64,000 bases of DNA from a virus. Within the stretch, counting starts at the first letter, position 1; every line of letters starts with the position of its first letter. The notes under the pieces were generated by a model that saw only the letters and a list, made by a program, of their open reading frames with translations, made no database searches and was not told where the DNA came from. The stretch covers positions 1-64,000 of the IMG/VR virus record IMGVR_UViG_3300009149_000001. One strand, given 5' to 3'. Shown here in pieces: positions 20,800 through 31,339 of the stretch. A program made the translations under genes and the position numbers.

Positions 20800-22157
20800 A
20801 ATTTTTGTATATATGATACTGTTAGACTTACAGGGTCATTTGTTGTACTCCCGTGATCATGGCTACCTCCTGTTCCCGTTGTATATGATGCTGAAGCACT
20901 GGGTGTTGGTGAAGTTAATGCGTGACTGTGTGGTCTCCATGAGCCACCACCTCCACTAGAACCATTTCCACCTGAACCACCAGCAGCAGTACTACCAGAA
21001 GTTGTATGGGTGTGACTACTAGACCCCGTATGTGTGTGAGTTGTAGCTGTATGTGTGTGAGTTGCAGCACCACCTTGTGTGCCTGGGTTTGTACAAGCAT
21101 TAGGTATTGTTCTGATATATCTATCCAATAGATTAGGAGTATTACAATTTCCATCGGCAATTCTAAATCCTGCCGGAACAGAAGAATTAACACCTGTCCA
21201 TAAACCAATTAACCCTGGTGAGACTCCAGGATTATGCAAACTAACACTGGTTTTTTTAATAACAGCTAACTCGTGATATTGTGGTAAATTGCAAGAATTA
21301 GCATGTTGATGTGCACCAGTACTACATGTTAATCCGCCAATAGTGGTACCGCTAACAGCACCAGACCCAGCTCCGTGTGCGTGACCACCGGTGATAGGCA
21401 TTGTGGCAGGATTATATCTCCACACACTAGTATTTGATGCGGGTCCAAAACATCCCACACTATGAGAATGGGATGAACCTGTGGCAGTGTGAGTGTGATT
21501 ACCATTAGAACTGTGTTGATGTGTAGCAGCCCCACCGGTAACTTGAGGATTAGTGCATGCATCTGGAACTCCTTTAATAATTTCATTGGATATATAATTT
21601 GAATTAAGAGAATAAGTAATTGGTATAGCAGAGATGGCTAAATTAGTATAAGCACTAACACCTGTTGGGATATGATTCAATCTCATACTAATTGTAGTGC
21701 TGTTCTTTATGATATGTCTAATTGTAATATTAGATGGTTCAATATTTTGTGTATCGTGAGTGTGTGCACCAGTACTACATGCTGTACTTACTGTGAATGT
21801 AGTTGATCCAGAAGTTTGATTGTGGGTATGGGCTGTACTCGAAAAGCCACTGAGCCCTGGACAACCTGTAAATGCCCCAGCGGGAGTACTTGATCCACCA
21901 GTATTAATGGTGTGAGTATGTCCTGGTGTAGGAGATCCAGCAGCGTGAGTATGACCAGCTACTGCAGTAGGTTCACAGTGGGTATTTGCACCAAGACTAG
22001 TACCTGGATTAGTACATAAGTTGGGAATATTTTTTGGATATTTAGCAAACAGACTACTTTCGTCTATAAATTCTCCTGGTAAATCTCCTGCGTTACCATC
22101 ATGTAATAATACTAAAGATGAAGGTACACGAGCTTGTCTAAAACTTCGAGATACTAA
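20796..22157 (-). CDS. His-rich tail fibre/needle protein with three tandem repeat units
   Basis: Three IPN.CTNP..GGA.TH.H...HxH repeats; frame open for 157 codons upstream of ATG 21686 with no ATG/GTG/TTG. Confidence 0.75.
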   Translation of the reverse strand, partial: LVSRSFRQARVPSSLVLLHDGNAGDLPGEFIDESSLFAKYPKNIPNLCTNPGTSLGANTHCEPTAVAGHTHAAGSPTPGHTHTINTGGSSTPAGAFTGCPGLSGFSSTAHTHNQTSGSTTFTVSTACSTGAHTHDTQNIEPSNITIRHIIKNSTTISMRLNHIPTGVSAYTNLAISAIPITYSLNSNYISNEIIKGVPDACTNPQVTGGAATHQHSSNGNHTHTATGSSHSHSVGCFGPASNTSVWRYNPATMPITGGHAHGAGSGAVSGTTIGGLTCSTGAHQHANSCNLPQYHELAVIKKTSVSLHNPGVSPGLIGLWTGVNSSVPAGFRIADGNCNTPNLLDRYIRTIPNACTNPGTQGGAATHTHTATTHTHTGSSSHTHTTSGSTAAGGSGGNGSSGGGGSWRPHSHALTSPTPSASASYTTGTGGSHDHGSTTNDPVSLTVSYIQKL

Positions 22158-22519
22158 TTACAGTCACCACACAAAATAATTACATCATCTTCTATCTTGG
22201 TAACATATGACAGTCTTCCTTTGAGAATACTATTGTAACCAACAATTCTTGGTTTTGTTGTTCTTGAAATTTTATGGGTAGGTTGATCTAGAGTATGACC
22301 AAAGGCTTGATCACCTGTAGTGCCTATAAAATTACATTTATCACATTTGTATGCAGATACATCTTGTTTAATTTCTTGTTTAACTACTTTAGTTTCAAAT
22401 TTCTTTTTACATTTTTGACATGCTTTAGGTACTACACCACCGCCTATTTGTAAGACATTACCAACTTCGTCTTCCTGTGCATTACCCGATTTAATAAATT
22501 TCCACTTCATATTCCCCAT
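22154..22519 (-). CDS. Zinc-finger protein
   Basis: CQKC, CDKC...H....H, CGDC. Confidence 0.6.
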   Translation of the reverse strand: MGNMKWKFIKSGNAQEDEVGNVLQIGGGVVPKACQKCKKKFETKVVKQEIKQDVSAYKCDKCNFIGTTGDQAFGHTLDQPTHKISRTTKPRIVGYNSILKGRLSYVTKIEDDVIILCGDCN

Positions 22520-23061
22520 ACCTCCAACTGTTGCATGGTCGCGGTACCAGAAGTTGTATTTTCTAAAAAGAATTCTATTGTATGAACTGCATTATTAGAC
22601 CATCCTGTTGCATCAATGGTACCTGTTACTTTTACATATGATGTTGAAGCTGTAGATAAATCCAAGTCACCTGAACCTGTAAGATCATGCCCTACACGGA
22701 GGTGTGCTGTGTTTGCTGAAGCCTTTAGCATGGCAACAATTGTAATTGTATTACCTGTATATCCTTCGGCGCTTTTAATAAAATCAATATCTTTAACTTG
22801 AACCGGTGAAGTTGTAGTTCCTGTAACTATTGTAGAATCAGCCCCAATTAATACATTAAGATTTCCTCTCGTATCTGTAGCTCCACCTCCAATTTGAACT
22901 TGGAGAAATCCAACTGTGCTATTATATGTAATATCGCCAACCTCATTATCTACAGCTGATATTCCTGCAATTTCAGCCTCGGTACCTTTTCTAATTCCCT
23001 TGTTGTTTGCAGATCTTTCTGTAATAGTATCACCGTCAGTCCATTTAAGCAAAGCCATCAT
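22507..23061 (-). CDS. Tail-associated beta-sandwich protein
   Basis: C-terminal about 110 aa paralogous to the C-terminus of 42618..45461. Confidence 0.65.
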   Translation of the reverse strand: MMALLKWTDGDTITERSANNKGIRKGTEAEIAGISAVDNEVGDITYNSTVGFLQVQIGGGATDTRGNLNVLIGADSTIVTGTTTSPVQVKDIDFIKSAEGYTGNTITIVAMLKASANTAHLRVGHDLTGSGDLDLSTASTSYVKVTGTIDATGWSNNAVHTIEFFLENTTSGTATMQQLEVWGI

Positions 23062-23318
23062 ACTTCTACCTCAAATGTTTGACCAGTCATACTCTTGTTT
23101 ATTTCTTTCTCTGCGTTTTGAACTAACGGGACAGCCTCATCCTTAAATATTGCAATTATCATATCAATTGTAGTATTTAATTCAAATTGTTGTTGATATA
23201 TACGAGGAGTCTTTAGAAGCCCATTAACAATATCATTATCAGTTGTCCATTTAATTGCAACCCTACGACCTTTTTTATTAATAACGTCTGATTTAAGATC
23301 TGATAGTATTTTAGTCAT
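23058..23318 (-). CDS. Hypothetical protein
   Basis: ORF coupled within the tail operon. Confidence 0.5.
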   Translation of the reverse strand: MTKILSDLKSDVINKKGRRVAIKWTTDNDIVNGLLKTPRIYQQQFELNTTIDMIIAIFKDEAVPLVQNAEKEINKSMTGQTFEVEV

Positions 23319-23620
23319 TGTGTTATTTCCTCTAATATTTCAATTTCTTTTGAAGTTGTAAAATCCGAAAAGGACCGTTTTTTTGCATTTCCAAGCCAAT
23401 CTTTTAATATAGGCTCAGGATGCTTTTTTGCTTCATCTAAGATATTATATAGTTCAATATAATGTTTAATTAAATTATAGGGCGTCCAGCCATTAGGAAT
23501 ATTAATAACATTGATCATTTTATTATGTTTTAGACAATCTTCAATATGAATCATCTGATCTATAATAGATCGTTGACGCATAAGTATATAATCTAGCCTA
23601 TTAAGATGTTCCAATTTCAC
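23315..23620 (-). CDS. Hypothetical protein
   Basis: ORF coupled within the tail operon. Confidence 0.5.
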   Translation of the reverse strand: MKLEHLNRLDYILMRQRSIIDQMIHIEDCLKHNKMINVINIPNGWTPYNLIKHYIELYNILDEAKKHPEPILKDWLGNAKKRSFSDFTTSKEIEILEEITQ

Positions 23621-24233
23621 TAAGTCCTATGCGTGCAGTTCCTATAAGAAATGGAGATGCTAAGATGGAAACCTTAAGCAATTCACCAAAAGCCCCACCA
23701 TCATCAACGGTTTCACCAGGTAGTGCAGTAGCATCATGATTAATTAATAAGTTAAATGTAATAGTTTGTGAAGCTCCTTGTTCTGTTTTTCTCTTTAACC
23801 AGAAAGGTACACCTTCTCCCTGTCTTAACATTCCTATTGGAATTCTAACTGTATCCCATGCACCATCATCAGCATTCTCTTCACCAAAAAATGTTACACC
23901 CGTTGGAGTTACATCTTCAGTTGCAATAGTGGGTGCAATACCAGTAGTTCGACCATCACCTTTACCACTAGGATCAAGTCCAATTGATACTTGAGATAGC
24001 GCTGGATTAGTTGATAATTCTAAAGTAACACCTGTATATGTTGTTGCATCTGGATTATAAATATAAGCAGCCCTATATTCTGTTTTACCAACGAGACCTT
24101 CTGATCTTGAAACATCATCAAATAAATTTTGTGAAGTATTATCAATAACAAGAGTATCTGATCTTTGTCCACCTAATGAACCTTTAGGAGCTGAATTAAG
24201 TTGTCCACCTGCTAAACTAATTCCTATAGTCAA
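23601..24233 (-). CDS. Tail structural protein
   Basis: SLGG...NLFDDVS..E...G.TEYR..YIYN...FWLKR motif seen in siphoviral tail proteins. Confidence 0.7.
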   Translation of the reverse strand: MTIGISLAGGQLNSAPKGSLGGQRSDTLVIDNTSQNLFDDVSRSEGLVGKTEYRAAYIYNPDATTYTGVTLELSTNPALSQVSIGLDPSGKGDGRTTGIAPTIATEDVTPTGVTFFGEENADDGAWDTVRIPIGMLRQGEGVPFWLKRKTEQGASQTITFNLLINHDATALPGETVDDGGAFGELLKVSILASPFLIGTARIGLSEIGTS

Positions 24234-24327
24234 TGTTGTTCACACCTACCACATATATCACGATTTAAGTTAATAACTCTAACACATCCACAATCACATG
24301 GGCAAACTTTGGGAAGAGGATAATCGC

Positions 24328-25941
24328 TCATCTTTTTCTCCTCAAAGCCATACGTTGATTGAATGCAAATATACCTTCATTGGCACGATACTTTACATAA
24401 GTATCATCATCCCCGACTGCTAGTATTGTTAAAATTCCCCCAACATTTGTATTAGTTGCACCTGATATTACACCAACACACACGACAGCTAGATTAGTAA
24501 AAGACCAAGTGATATTATCTAAAACAGTAGAACTAGTAGCTGTAATCACACTACCAATTGGTCTTTCAACAAAGCCTATGTAACCTAGTGTATCATTTGC
24601 AGTTAAAGTATCATACCAAGCCATCCAATTATCATCTAATAATAAAATTCCAGTATCTACATCTGAATCATTAGTAAATGTAAAAGGATTAACCGTTGGA
24701 GATAGATTGAGTGGATTTCCCCTATTGGTGTCATCAGTTTTAAGTTGATTAAAATCTTGTATCTGGGTTGCTGTAGTTCCTGTAGATAAAGCAACTCTTT
24801 CTTTAACTGTATTAATTCTAAATTCTTTTGATGTTGCAGCAACTCGAACATATGGTGTACCTCGTCTAATATTAATTTCATGTTCTAATATACCATACTT
24901 TACATTCATTACAACTTGAGAATTATTAAATCTGGTAAATATTATATCGTGTAATGTTGTTGCAAGATCACCTTGAGTTGATTTTGGAATAACCTCCCCA
25001 GTTAAGGCCCAAGCTGTTCCACTCCAACCCCACACTTGCATACCAGGAGTTGTAGGTCTAAACCATAATCTAATAATACCGTTTTCAACTATTCTATCAC
25101 CTGTAAATTCATGATCAGATGAATAGACTTCTTCCCAATTAGTTTCATCTATATCAGATGTTATTATAGTATCAAAGACTTGAACACGACCAATTAATCT
25201 GGTTGATAAAGCGACATCATAAGTTAAGAATATCTTAGGATAAAAGATCCATATAAAATCAGACTTTACGGTCTTAGTAGTTGTTTGATCTGTTACTAAT
25301 TGTAAGAATACTTTACACTCAGCAATGTTTGCCAAGAGAGATCCTATATAAACCCGTGTCTTGGCTCCCGAAGCGGATTTATCTTTTAAATAGAATTTAG
25401 TAATACCTTCGTCAAGGAAGTCAAGTTCAAAATTGATCTCCGTTGACGCAGATGACATTGCTGTTGTAGATAATACAGTAGCAACGCCCCCCACTATTTC
25501 TCGAAAAATGACTTGTGGATTAGCTGCTCCGATTTCGAAATCAATTTGCAAAGCGTCTAGAGTTGCTAGATCTTGGAATTCATATCTTACCTTTTCATCT
25601 CCTGATGCAAGTGTTGCATCTTGTAATTCCATATGACCTACAATTTTAAGGCCCGGATAAAAGTACATGAAAGGGTTAAAGGTTGAGGTCTTTGTTACTT
25701 CAAATGTGTCATTACTAAAGGCAGCTATTTCTAATTTACCTGCTGTTACATTGGCTGAATCTCCTCCAATATCACCTGTACTATTAGAGGCCATCTCAGC
25801 ACCAATTGCCGCATTATAATGTGAACCTATTAAAAAGTTAATGATTGGCACACTACCATCTTTAGTTAATCTATTAAATGATTTTGAAAGTGGTGAAAAT
25901 GTACCAGCCCCACTAGGGGGAGAGAGAGAGATATGTGCCAT
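24328..25941 (-). CDS. Minor tail protein
   Basis: 537 aa, beta-rich, downstream of tape measure. Confidence 0.65.
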   Translation of the reverse strand: MAHISLSPPSGAGTFSPLSKSFNRLTKDGSVPIINFLIGSHYNAAIGAEMASNSTGDIGGDSANVTAGKLEIAAFSNDTFEVTKTSTFNPFMYFYPGLKIVGHMELQDATLASGDEKVRYEFQDLATLDALQIDFEIGAANPQVIFREIVGGVATVLSTTAMSSASTEINFELDFLDEGITKFYLKDKSASGAKTRVYIGSLLANIAECKVFLQLVTDQTTTKTVKSDFIWIFYPKIFLTYDVALSTRLIGRVQVFDTIITSDIDETNWEEVYSSDHEFTGDRIVENGIIRLWFRPTTPGMQVWGWSGTAWALTGEVIPKSTQGDLATTLHDIIFTRFNNSQVVMNVKYGILEHEINIRRGTPYVRVAATSKEFRINTVKERVALSTGTTATQIQDFNQLKTDDTNRGNPLNLSPTVNPFTFTNDSDVDTGILLLDDNWMAWYDTLTANDTLGYIGFVERPIGSVITATSSTVLDNITWSFTNLAVVCVGVISGATNTNVGGILTILAVGDDDTYVKYRANEGIFAFNQRMALRRKR

Positions 25942-26486
25942 TATATACTGAAAATCTTCTCCAATACATTAATAAAACTATCAAAGTCAAATGAATCATT
26001 GGTACCGTCTGGTATGTCTGTGCCTATACCATCTTCATCAGATGTTGGATCTACTACATCAGAATCAGATATAGCACCTTGATCACCAAATTGTACAAAT
26101 GTTATAGTGTAACTGTGAACTGGTCCTACCCCACCAACAAAACCTGAATCGGTCACTGACTGGGCAGCTACAGCTCCAATCTCGGATTTATTAACTGCAT
26201 ATCGTCCGTTATAGAAAGCAAAGTTTGGTTCAGCTACCTCATCAACTGTAATCTGAATAGATGGTTCATCAGCGTTCTTTGTTAGCTCCCATAGAGCAAA
26301 TGCTTTAAAAGATGGCCAAATTAATCCTGTAATTTCAAGTTCATATAAATCAGGTCCAGTATCTGTTGGCATTGGAAAGTCAAACAGAATCTGTTTTGCC
26401 TCTTGTTTTCTCATAACACGTCTCTTAATGGATGATGGGGCAATTGGTAATGTTATAGGACCAAAAGACCAAGCACTATCGGGCAT
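25941..26486 (-). CDS. Distal tail (Dit)-like protein
   Basis: Directly after tape measure; FGPITLPIAP..I.R...ELEITG...YTITFVQ. Confidence 0.6.
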   Translation of the reverse strand: MPDSAWSFGPITLPIAPSSIKRRVMRKQEAKQILFDFPMPTDTGPDLYELEITGLIWPSFKAFALWELTKNADEPSIQITVDEVAEPNFAFYNGRYAVNKSEIGAVAAQSVTDSGFVGGVGPVHSYTITFVQFGDQGAISDSDVVDPTSDEDGIGTDIPDGTNDSFDFDSFINVLEKIFSI

Positions 26487-26487
26487 T

Positions 26488-29400
26488 TTAGACTACTCCT
26501 GAGGCAAGCAATGTATCCTTATTACCTATTTCTTTATTTAACACCTCGGAGACAGCGGCGGCAATTTGAGCTGCGGTTTCCTCAGATGCTGAGCCTTCAA
26601 TTGTAATATTGATGCCTCCCACGTTAACACTCTGGGTTGCTTGAGCATTAGCAAGTGCTGCTAAGTCAATCTTTTCACCAAGGGCTTGGGCTAATAATTT
26701 ATTAACAGTTTGTTGAAGATCACCTATTTCACCAAAGGATGTACTAGTACCTCTGCCTGATATTGAAAAATTACCTTTTCTAGATACCTCTAATGTGGCT
26801 AATCTACGTGCAGCTTCAGTTCCCTCTAATGCAAGTTTAGTCAAGGCTACTGAAACATTACTAGATGCCTCTTGAGAATCAATTATGAAATTAGTTAATC
26901 GAGCAGTCTCTAATGTTAAGTTAGTAACTTCAGTTTGTTCCAGCTGTTGAGCTGCTGATAACATTTTAGTTCTTAAAGTGTTAAAGTCAACTTGAATAGT
27001 GTTTGCATCTGAAGCACCTTTCTGAATTTTAAAGCTAGTGTGCAAGTCAGTTGTTTTCTTTGTTAAAGCATCAGCTTGACCTAGATATTCATTTGACCAT
27101 TTTATAGTTCTGTCAACCCACACTCCTTTCAATTCTTCTAATCCTTTAACCATCTCATCAATTGTATCCCTTGGAATAATTTCACCTACTCCCTCACCAT
27201 TATCTGGTGCTGGTTGGAAGTTTGTACCATCAACATTAATGCCTGGTGATCCTTCTGGGAATCTAGATTCTATCTCAGGGGCTTCATTAGCTCCTCTTGC
27301 AAGTGCAGTGTTTTCAGAAGCTTGAGATGCACCTTTTAATACACCGGCAACAAGTTGTGCAATTCCTGGTGGTAGTATACTTGTAATAGCATCAATAAGA
27401 GTGTTTCCTAAGTTTTCTGTAACCGCAGTTATAAAGGCCTCTCTAATGGCATCACCAATTGCAGCACCTATAAGAGCTGCTTTAGTTACTATATTAGCAT
27501 TTTGACCTAATTCATCTAATGTTTTACCTGTTAATGCTGTTAAACCATCACCGCCAATAATTAATCCCAGAAATCCAGCTACTAATTCAGTGGCGATCTT
27601 TTCACCAACCTCCATAGCTTTTTCAAGATTACCTGTTACAACAGCTTCCCATAATTCACCCCAATCAGTTGCGGCAAATGCATCTTGCATATCTAAGATC
27701 CAATTAGATGCTGCCTCACCTAAAGCTAATCCCATAGCAACACCTGCGGCTTCCATACTAGCTGCAAATGCTTGGAACACTACAAGCATTGCATCAAGTC
27801 CCTCTAGATCTTCATCTTCAATTTTCTGTATAACTTGATCCCATTTTTTACTAAATTCATCCATTGCACCAACAGAGTCTGCCCACATTATAACAAGGAT
27901 TGCTGCTACAGCTGCAAGGGCTACAATCAATCCAGGTATATTGCCAGCGATTCCAGCAATTGCAAGACCTAAGGCAAGCATACCACCTGAGACTGCAATC
28001 TCAGCTGCTTGATCAGAATTATCAATCTCATCTGTGAATAGTACAAAGAGATTCTTTGCGGCAAACACAGCTATAACAATTCCTGCTATAACGGCAATAA
28101 TAGTTAGTAATGTAAATCTTAATCCTTTAGCTGCAACTTGTGTTCCAACCATAGCTCCAGTTGCACCACTGTTACCAGCACCTAGTACTAGGGTTAATTT
28201 AAGAAGCAATGATGTAAATGCTGCAACTACTTTACCAACGGATGCAATGATTAAAGTGGCAACAAGTAATCCTATAAAGCCAATGAAGAGTTTAATAAGC
28301 CCTGCCATAACACTCTTGTGTTCTCTGAAAAAGTCAGCTAATTTTTTAACTTGTTTTGCTAAAGTCTTTACAATAGGTAATAACTCTTTGCCTAAAACAT
28401 CACCCAATTCCAAGGCCATTTCTTGCAAGCCACCATCTCTAACTAGGGCTTGAACAGCTTCAGATACTCCTGCAATTGCTGGTGATAAGCCTTGTGTGAA
28501 TATAGTCTTTAATGCATTTAATGAATTAGTCATCTTCTTCATATTGGCTTGGGCAGTGTTACCTAAGATGCCTTCAAGGGCCGATGAATCACCTGCTCTA
28601 GCTGCTGCTACAGCCATATCAATTTCTTCCTCAGTTACTTGTGTTAATTTTGCTAATGCATCAGCTGCTCGAATCTCAAGCCCCATCTGGTCTTCTAAGA
28701 ATAATTTAAATGCATCAGATGAAGTACCAGCCTTATCTAAAGCTTTCTTAGTGTCTTTAAGGAAATCAATAAATGGTACTAAGTTACCATTATTATCAAG
28801 TAGTTTAATACCCATATCTTCCAAGACTGGGTTAAGTTTTAATGCATTATTTTTAAGTCCGAAGAACAACTGTCTGAGATTTCGACCTGCTGCACCTGCC
28901 CCTTGACCAAGTCTATTACCTAGGAGACCAAGCAATGCCCCTGTTTCTTCTACATCTAATCCAAAGTCTCGTGCTTGGGAGGATGCAAATCCAAAGGATC
29001 TAGAAAGTTCATCCAGTGTAATTGCTGAGGACTGGTTGACATTGATCATTACAGATGTTACACGGGCTGCCTCAGATAGACTAAGTCCAAAGTTGTTCAT
29101 AGTCTTAATTAAGGTCTTTGCTGATTCAGCTGAATCAACTTGCTCAATTGTCATTAATCTAAGTACTTGTTTTGTAACACCTATTAATTTATTACTCTTT
29201 TCTAATTCTGTACCAGTAAGATCTGTTGCCTTACCAATCTCTCGCATGGCATCTGATACTTCAGTGATACTAAAGATAGTACCACCTGCACCCATATCAA
29301 ATATAGCATCATTAAGATGTGATACAGCCATTGCTGACTCCTCTGTTTGACCTGAAAAGTCAATACCAGATTGTGCAATAGCCCTGGTCATTGAATCTAA

Positions 29401-29694
29401 TGAGTCAGCACCTTCTCTAATTATTTCACCGAAAAATCTCTTAATACTACCTAATACTCTTTGGGCAATGCCCTCCAAGAATGTAAACTGGAATGCCATG
29501 AAACCAACACGATCTGCTGATCTACTTAAAAATTTATTATTCTCTGCTAATGCTCCGTTCTGTTTACGGATGTTTTTCAACATAGAGCTAAAGCCCTTAT
29601 TGCCTATTACTGAAATTTTCTTTAGAGATTGCTCTACCTTGATGAGGTTATTGAGCCCCTTTAATGTTGCCCGTATATCTATATTGATTGCCAT
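26488..29694 (-). CDS. Tail tape measure protein
   Basis: 1068 aa, helical and Ala/Gly-rich; TP901-type core (FGLDVEETGALLG...AGRNLR); hydrophobic middle region. Confidence 0.93.
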   Translation of the reverse strand: MAINIDIRATLKGLNNLIKVEQSLKKISVIGNKGFSSMLKNIRKQNGALAENNKFLSRSADRVGFMAFQFTFLEGIAQRVLGSIKRFFGEIIREGADSLDSMTRAIAQSGIDFSGQTEESAMAVSHLNDAIFDMGAGGTIFSITEVSDAMREIGKATDLTGTELEKSNKLIGVTKQVLRLMTIEQVDSAESAKTLIKTMNNFGLSLSEAARVTSVMINVNQSSAITLDELSRSFGFASSQARDFGLDVEETGALLGLLGNRLGQGAGAAGRNLRQLFFGLKNNALKLNPVLEDMGIKLLDNNGNLVPFIDFLKDTKKALDKAGTSSDAFKLFLEDQMGLEIRAADALAKLTQVTEEEIDMAVAAARAGDSSALEGILGNTAQANMKKMTNSLNALKTIFTQGLSPAIAGVSEAVQALVRDGGLQEMALELGDVLGKELLPIVKTLAKQVKKLADFFREHKSVMAGLIKLFIGFIGLLVATLIIASVGKVVAAFTSLLLKLTLVLGAGNSGATGAMVGTQVAAKGLRFTLLTIIAVIAGIVIAVFAAKNLFVLFTDEIDNSDQAAEIAVSGGMLALGLAIAGIAGNIPGLIVALAAVAAILVIMWADSVGAMDEFSKKWDQVIQKIEDEDLEGLDAMLVVFQAFAASMEAAGVAMGLALGEAASNWILDMQDAFAATDWGELWEAVVTGNLEKAMEVGEKIATELVAGFLGLIIGGDGLTALTGKTLDELGQNANIVTKAALIGAAIGDAIREAFITAVTENLGNTLIDAITSILPPGIAQLVAGVLKGASQASENTALARGANEAPEIESRFPEGSPGINVDGTNFQPAPDNGEGVGEIIPRDTIDEMVKGLEELKGVWVDRTIKWSNEYLGQADALTKKTTDLHTSFKIQKGASDANTIQVDFNTLRTKMLSAAQQLEQTEVTNLTLETARLTNFIIDSQEASSNVSVALTKLALEGTEAARRLATLEVSRKGNFSISGRGTSTSFGEIGDLQQTVNKLLAQALGEKIDLAALANAQATQSVNVGGINITIEGSASEETAAQIAAAVSEVLNKEIGNKDTLLASGVV

Positions 29695-29894
29695 CAGTCT
29701 AGGTACTTGGGATTAGTTTTGTTTTTCATTCTATCTCTCCGTGGGTTGGCCTTCGCCTTGTTTGGTGGGTTCTTCATCTCATGCTCTTGTTTCTTACTTA
29801 CTGCACTAATGATCGTCAAGGATAATAAAACTCCCTCTACATCGTCAAGTTCGTAACCGAGTAATTGATGCGGCATTGCTGATTGCACTGCCAT
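29694..29894 (-). CDS. Tail assembly chaperone, -1 frameshift extension (GT-like)
   Basis: Reached from the upstream chaperone by -1 slip at A-AAA-AAA (29936-29942); the frame is open in between. Confidence 0.8.
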   Translation of the reverse strand: MAVQSAMPHQLLGYELDDVEGVLLSLTIISAVSKKQEHEMKNPPNKAKANPRRDRMKNKTNPKYLD

Positions 29895-29905
29895 GCAAAG
29901 TGAAC

Positions 29906-30340
29906 CTATACTTTGACCGATTGTTGAGTCTGCAATTTTTTTCGGTTTGCGTCCCCAAGACTATCAAGACCTGTTATCTCGACAATTTTGTTAAAGATTT
30001 CTACAACTGAATTGAATGGAATATCATCAACTGATAATTCATCCTCTCCTACTGCATCACCAATAACCACTGTTGGAGAAACTATACACTTTGGTATAAT
30101 TGCTTTCATCATTGGATATATTGATTTCTGTAGTTTGGCTGCTTGATCTTGGGACATATTTTCACCGTCTATTACATCTGACTCTGAAGGTAAGCCTTGG
30201 AATTTGTCAAAATTTTCTAATAAAAGAGTGAATGGAATGGGTTTTAAAACCCATTCGTACTCTTCATCAGAATCCTTTGTTACAAATTTAACTTGGTTTT
30301 TACCCTTAAGTTTTTGTAGTGTTGGATTCATATGTTTCAC
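29906..30340 (-). CDS. Tail assembly chaperone (G-like)
   Basis: Between tail tube and tape measure; slippery heptamer near 3' end. Confidence 0.82.
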   Translation of the reverse strand: MKHMNPTLQKLKGKNQVKFVTKDSDEEYEWVLKPIPFTLLLENFDKFQGLPSESDVIDGENMSQDQAAKLQKSIYPMMKAIIPKCIVSPTVVIGDAVGEDELSVDDIPFNSVVEIFNKIVEITGLDSLGDANRKKLQTQQSVKV

Positions 30341-30349
30341 CTATATTGT

Positions 30350-31324
30350 TTATCCCGTGAACTGAGCGTTGGTTTCTGCGTTTTCAACAACAATGATAAT
30401 TGGATCACCATTGGAGTCGTCTTCTGCAGTATAATCAACGGTCTGCACGTACCTTTCGATATTATCAGTAGGTAATTTATTGGTATCGAGTGAAATCTTT
30501 GGCAAGTTGGTATTAACGGCACGTGCTGCAATAGTTGCAGAGTGTGCGGCGTTCATCTCAAATTGCACTTCGGTTTCATCTATCCAATCAGTATAGCGTG
30601 TTGATGCATCATATAGTAAGTCAAATGATCCAGTTACTTCCAAGCCGGCTACTATGCCTGCTGAAAGGTATGCGGATCCTAGACAATATGCGTCATCAGC
30701 TACGTTGTTCTCGACTGAGATTGAAACTGATTCGAAACAATCTGTTCCGCCACCGTCAACTTGAGTCGTTACTTCAACTCCACCAAATGTTCTTTCCGTT
30801 GTTGAATATGCTGGAAAGAAGCTGGCTTCGCTATCTGTTTTTAAAGTACCTAAAGGAGAAAGTTCTCTTCTGAATATTACATCAAATGATGCACTAAATA
30901 CTTCAGAGGGAGAATAATCTAAGGTAAAGCCATTTACAATACCGCCCACATACTGATGTTCTTTTAAATCACGACCAATGGCTGCTCTAAAGAAAGGCAA
31001 TGTTTTGCCTTTGGTTACAGTGTGTTGATTGTGTGCTGTAGTTGGGGTATCGGTAACTGTTGTAGCTGTACCTAGTCCATAATAAAGTAAGGATGTTGCT
31101 CCACTAGCGAACACTGGAGTATCGATTGGGCCTCCGAATTTCTTTGGTCCTTGAATACGATTTCTCTTGGTTCTACCTGTGGAAGTCTGGGGATAAATAT
31201 ATTGATGATCGCCTGTGATGTCTTCACCTGATACATCGAGCTTATGGTCATTAACCCCAAAAGCGCCGAATGATTCACTAGTAAAGTCGGCTTTTGTTTC
31301 AAATTGGAAATATCTATCTACCAT
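30350..31324 (-). CDS. Major tail tube protein
   Basis: Position; beta-rich; SVSISVENN...EVTGSFDL. Confidence 0.85.
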   Translation of the reverse strand: MVDRYFQFETKADFTSESFGAFGVNDHKLDVSGEDITGDHQYIYPQTSTGRTKRNRIQGPKKFGGPIDTPVFASGATSLLYYGLGTATTVTDTPTTAHNQHTVTKGKTLPFFRAAIGRDLKEHQYVGGIVNGFTLDYSPSEVFSASFDVIFRRELSPLGTLKTDSEASFFPAYSTTERTFGGVEVTTQVDGGGTDCFESVSISVENNVADDAYCLGSAYLSAGIVAGLEVTGSFDLLYDASTRYTDWIDETEVQFEMNAAHSATIAARAVNTNLPKISLDTNKLPTDNIERYVQTVDYTAEDDSNGDPIIIVVENAETNAQFTG

Positions 31325-31339
31325 TTTTTTGTTACACCT

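Noticed and set aside
20796-23061. Diversity-generating retroelement acting on fibre genes
   Set aside because: No reverse transcriptase and no near-identical TR/VR pair differing at adenines was seen
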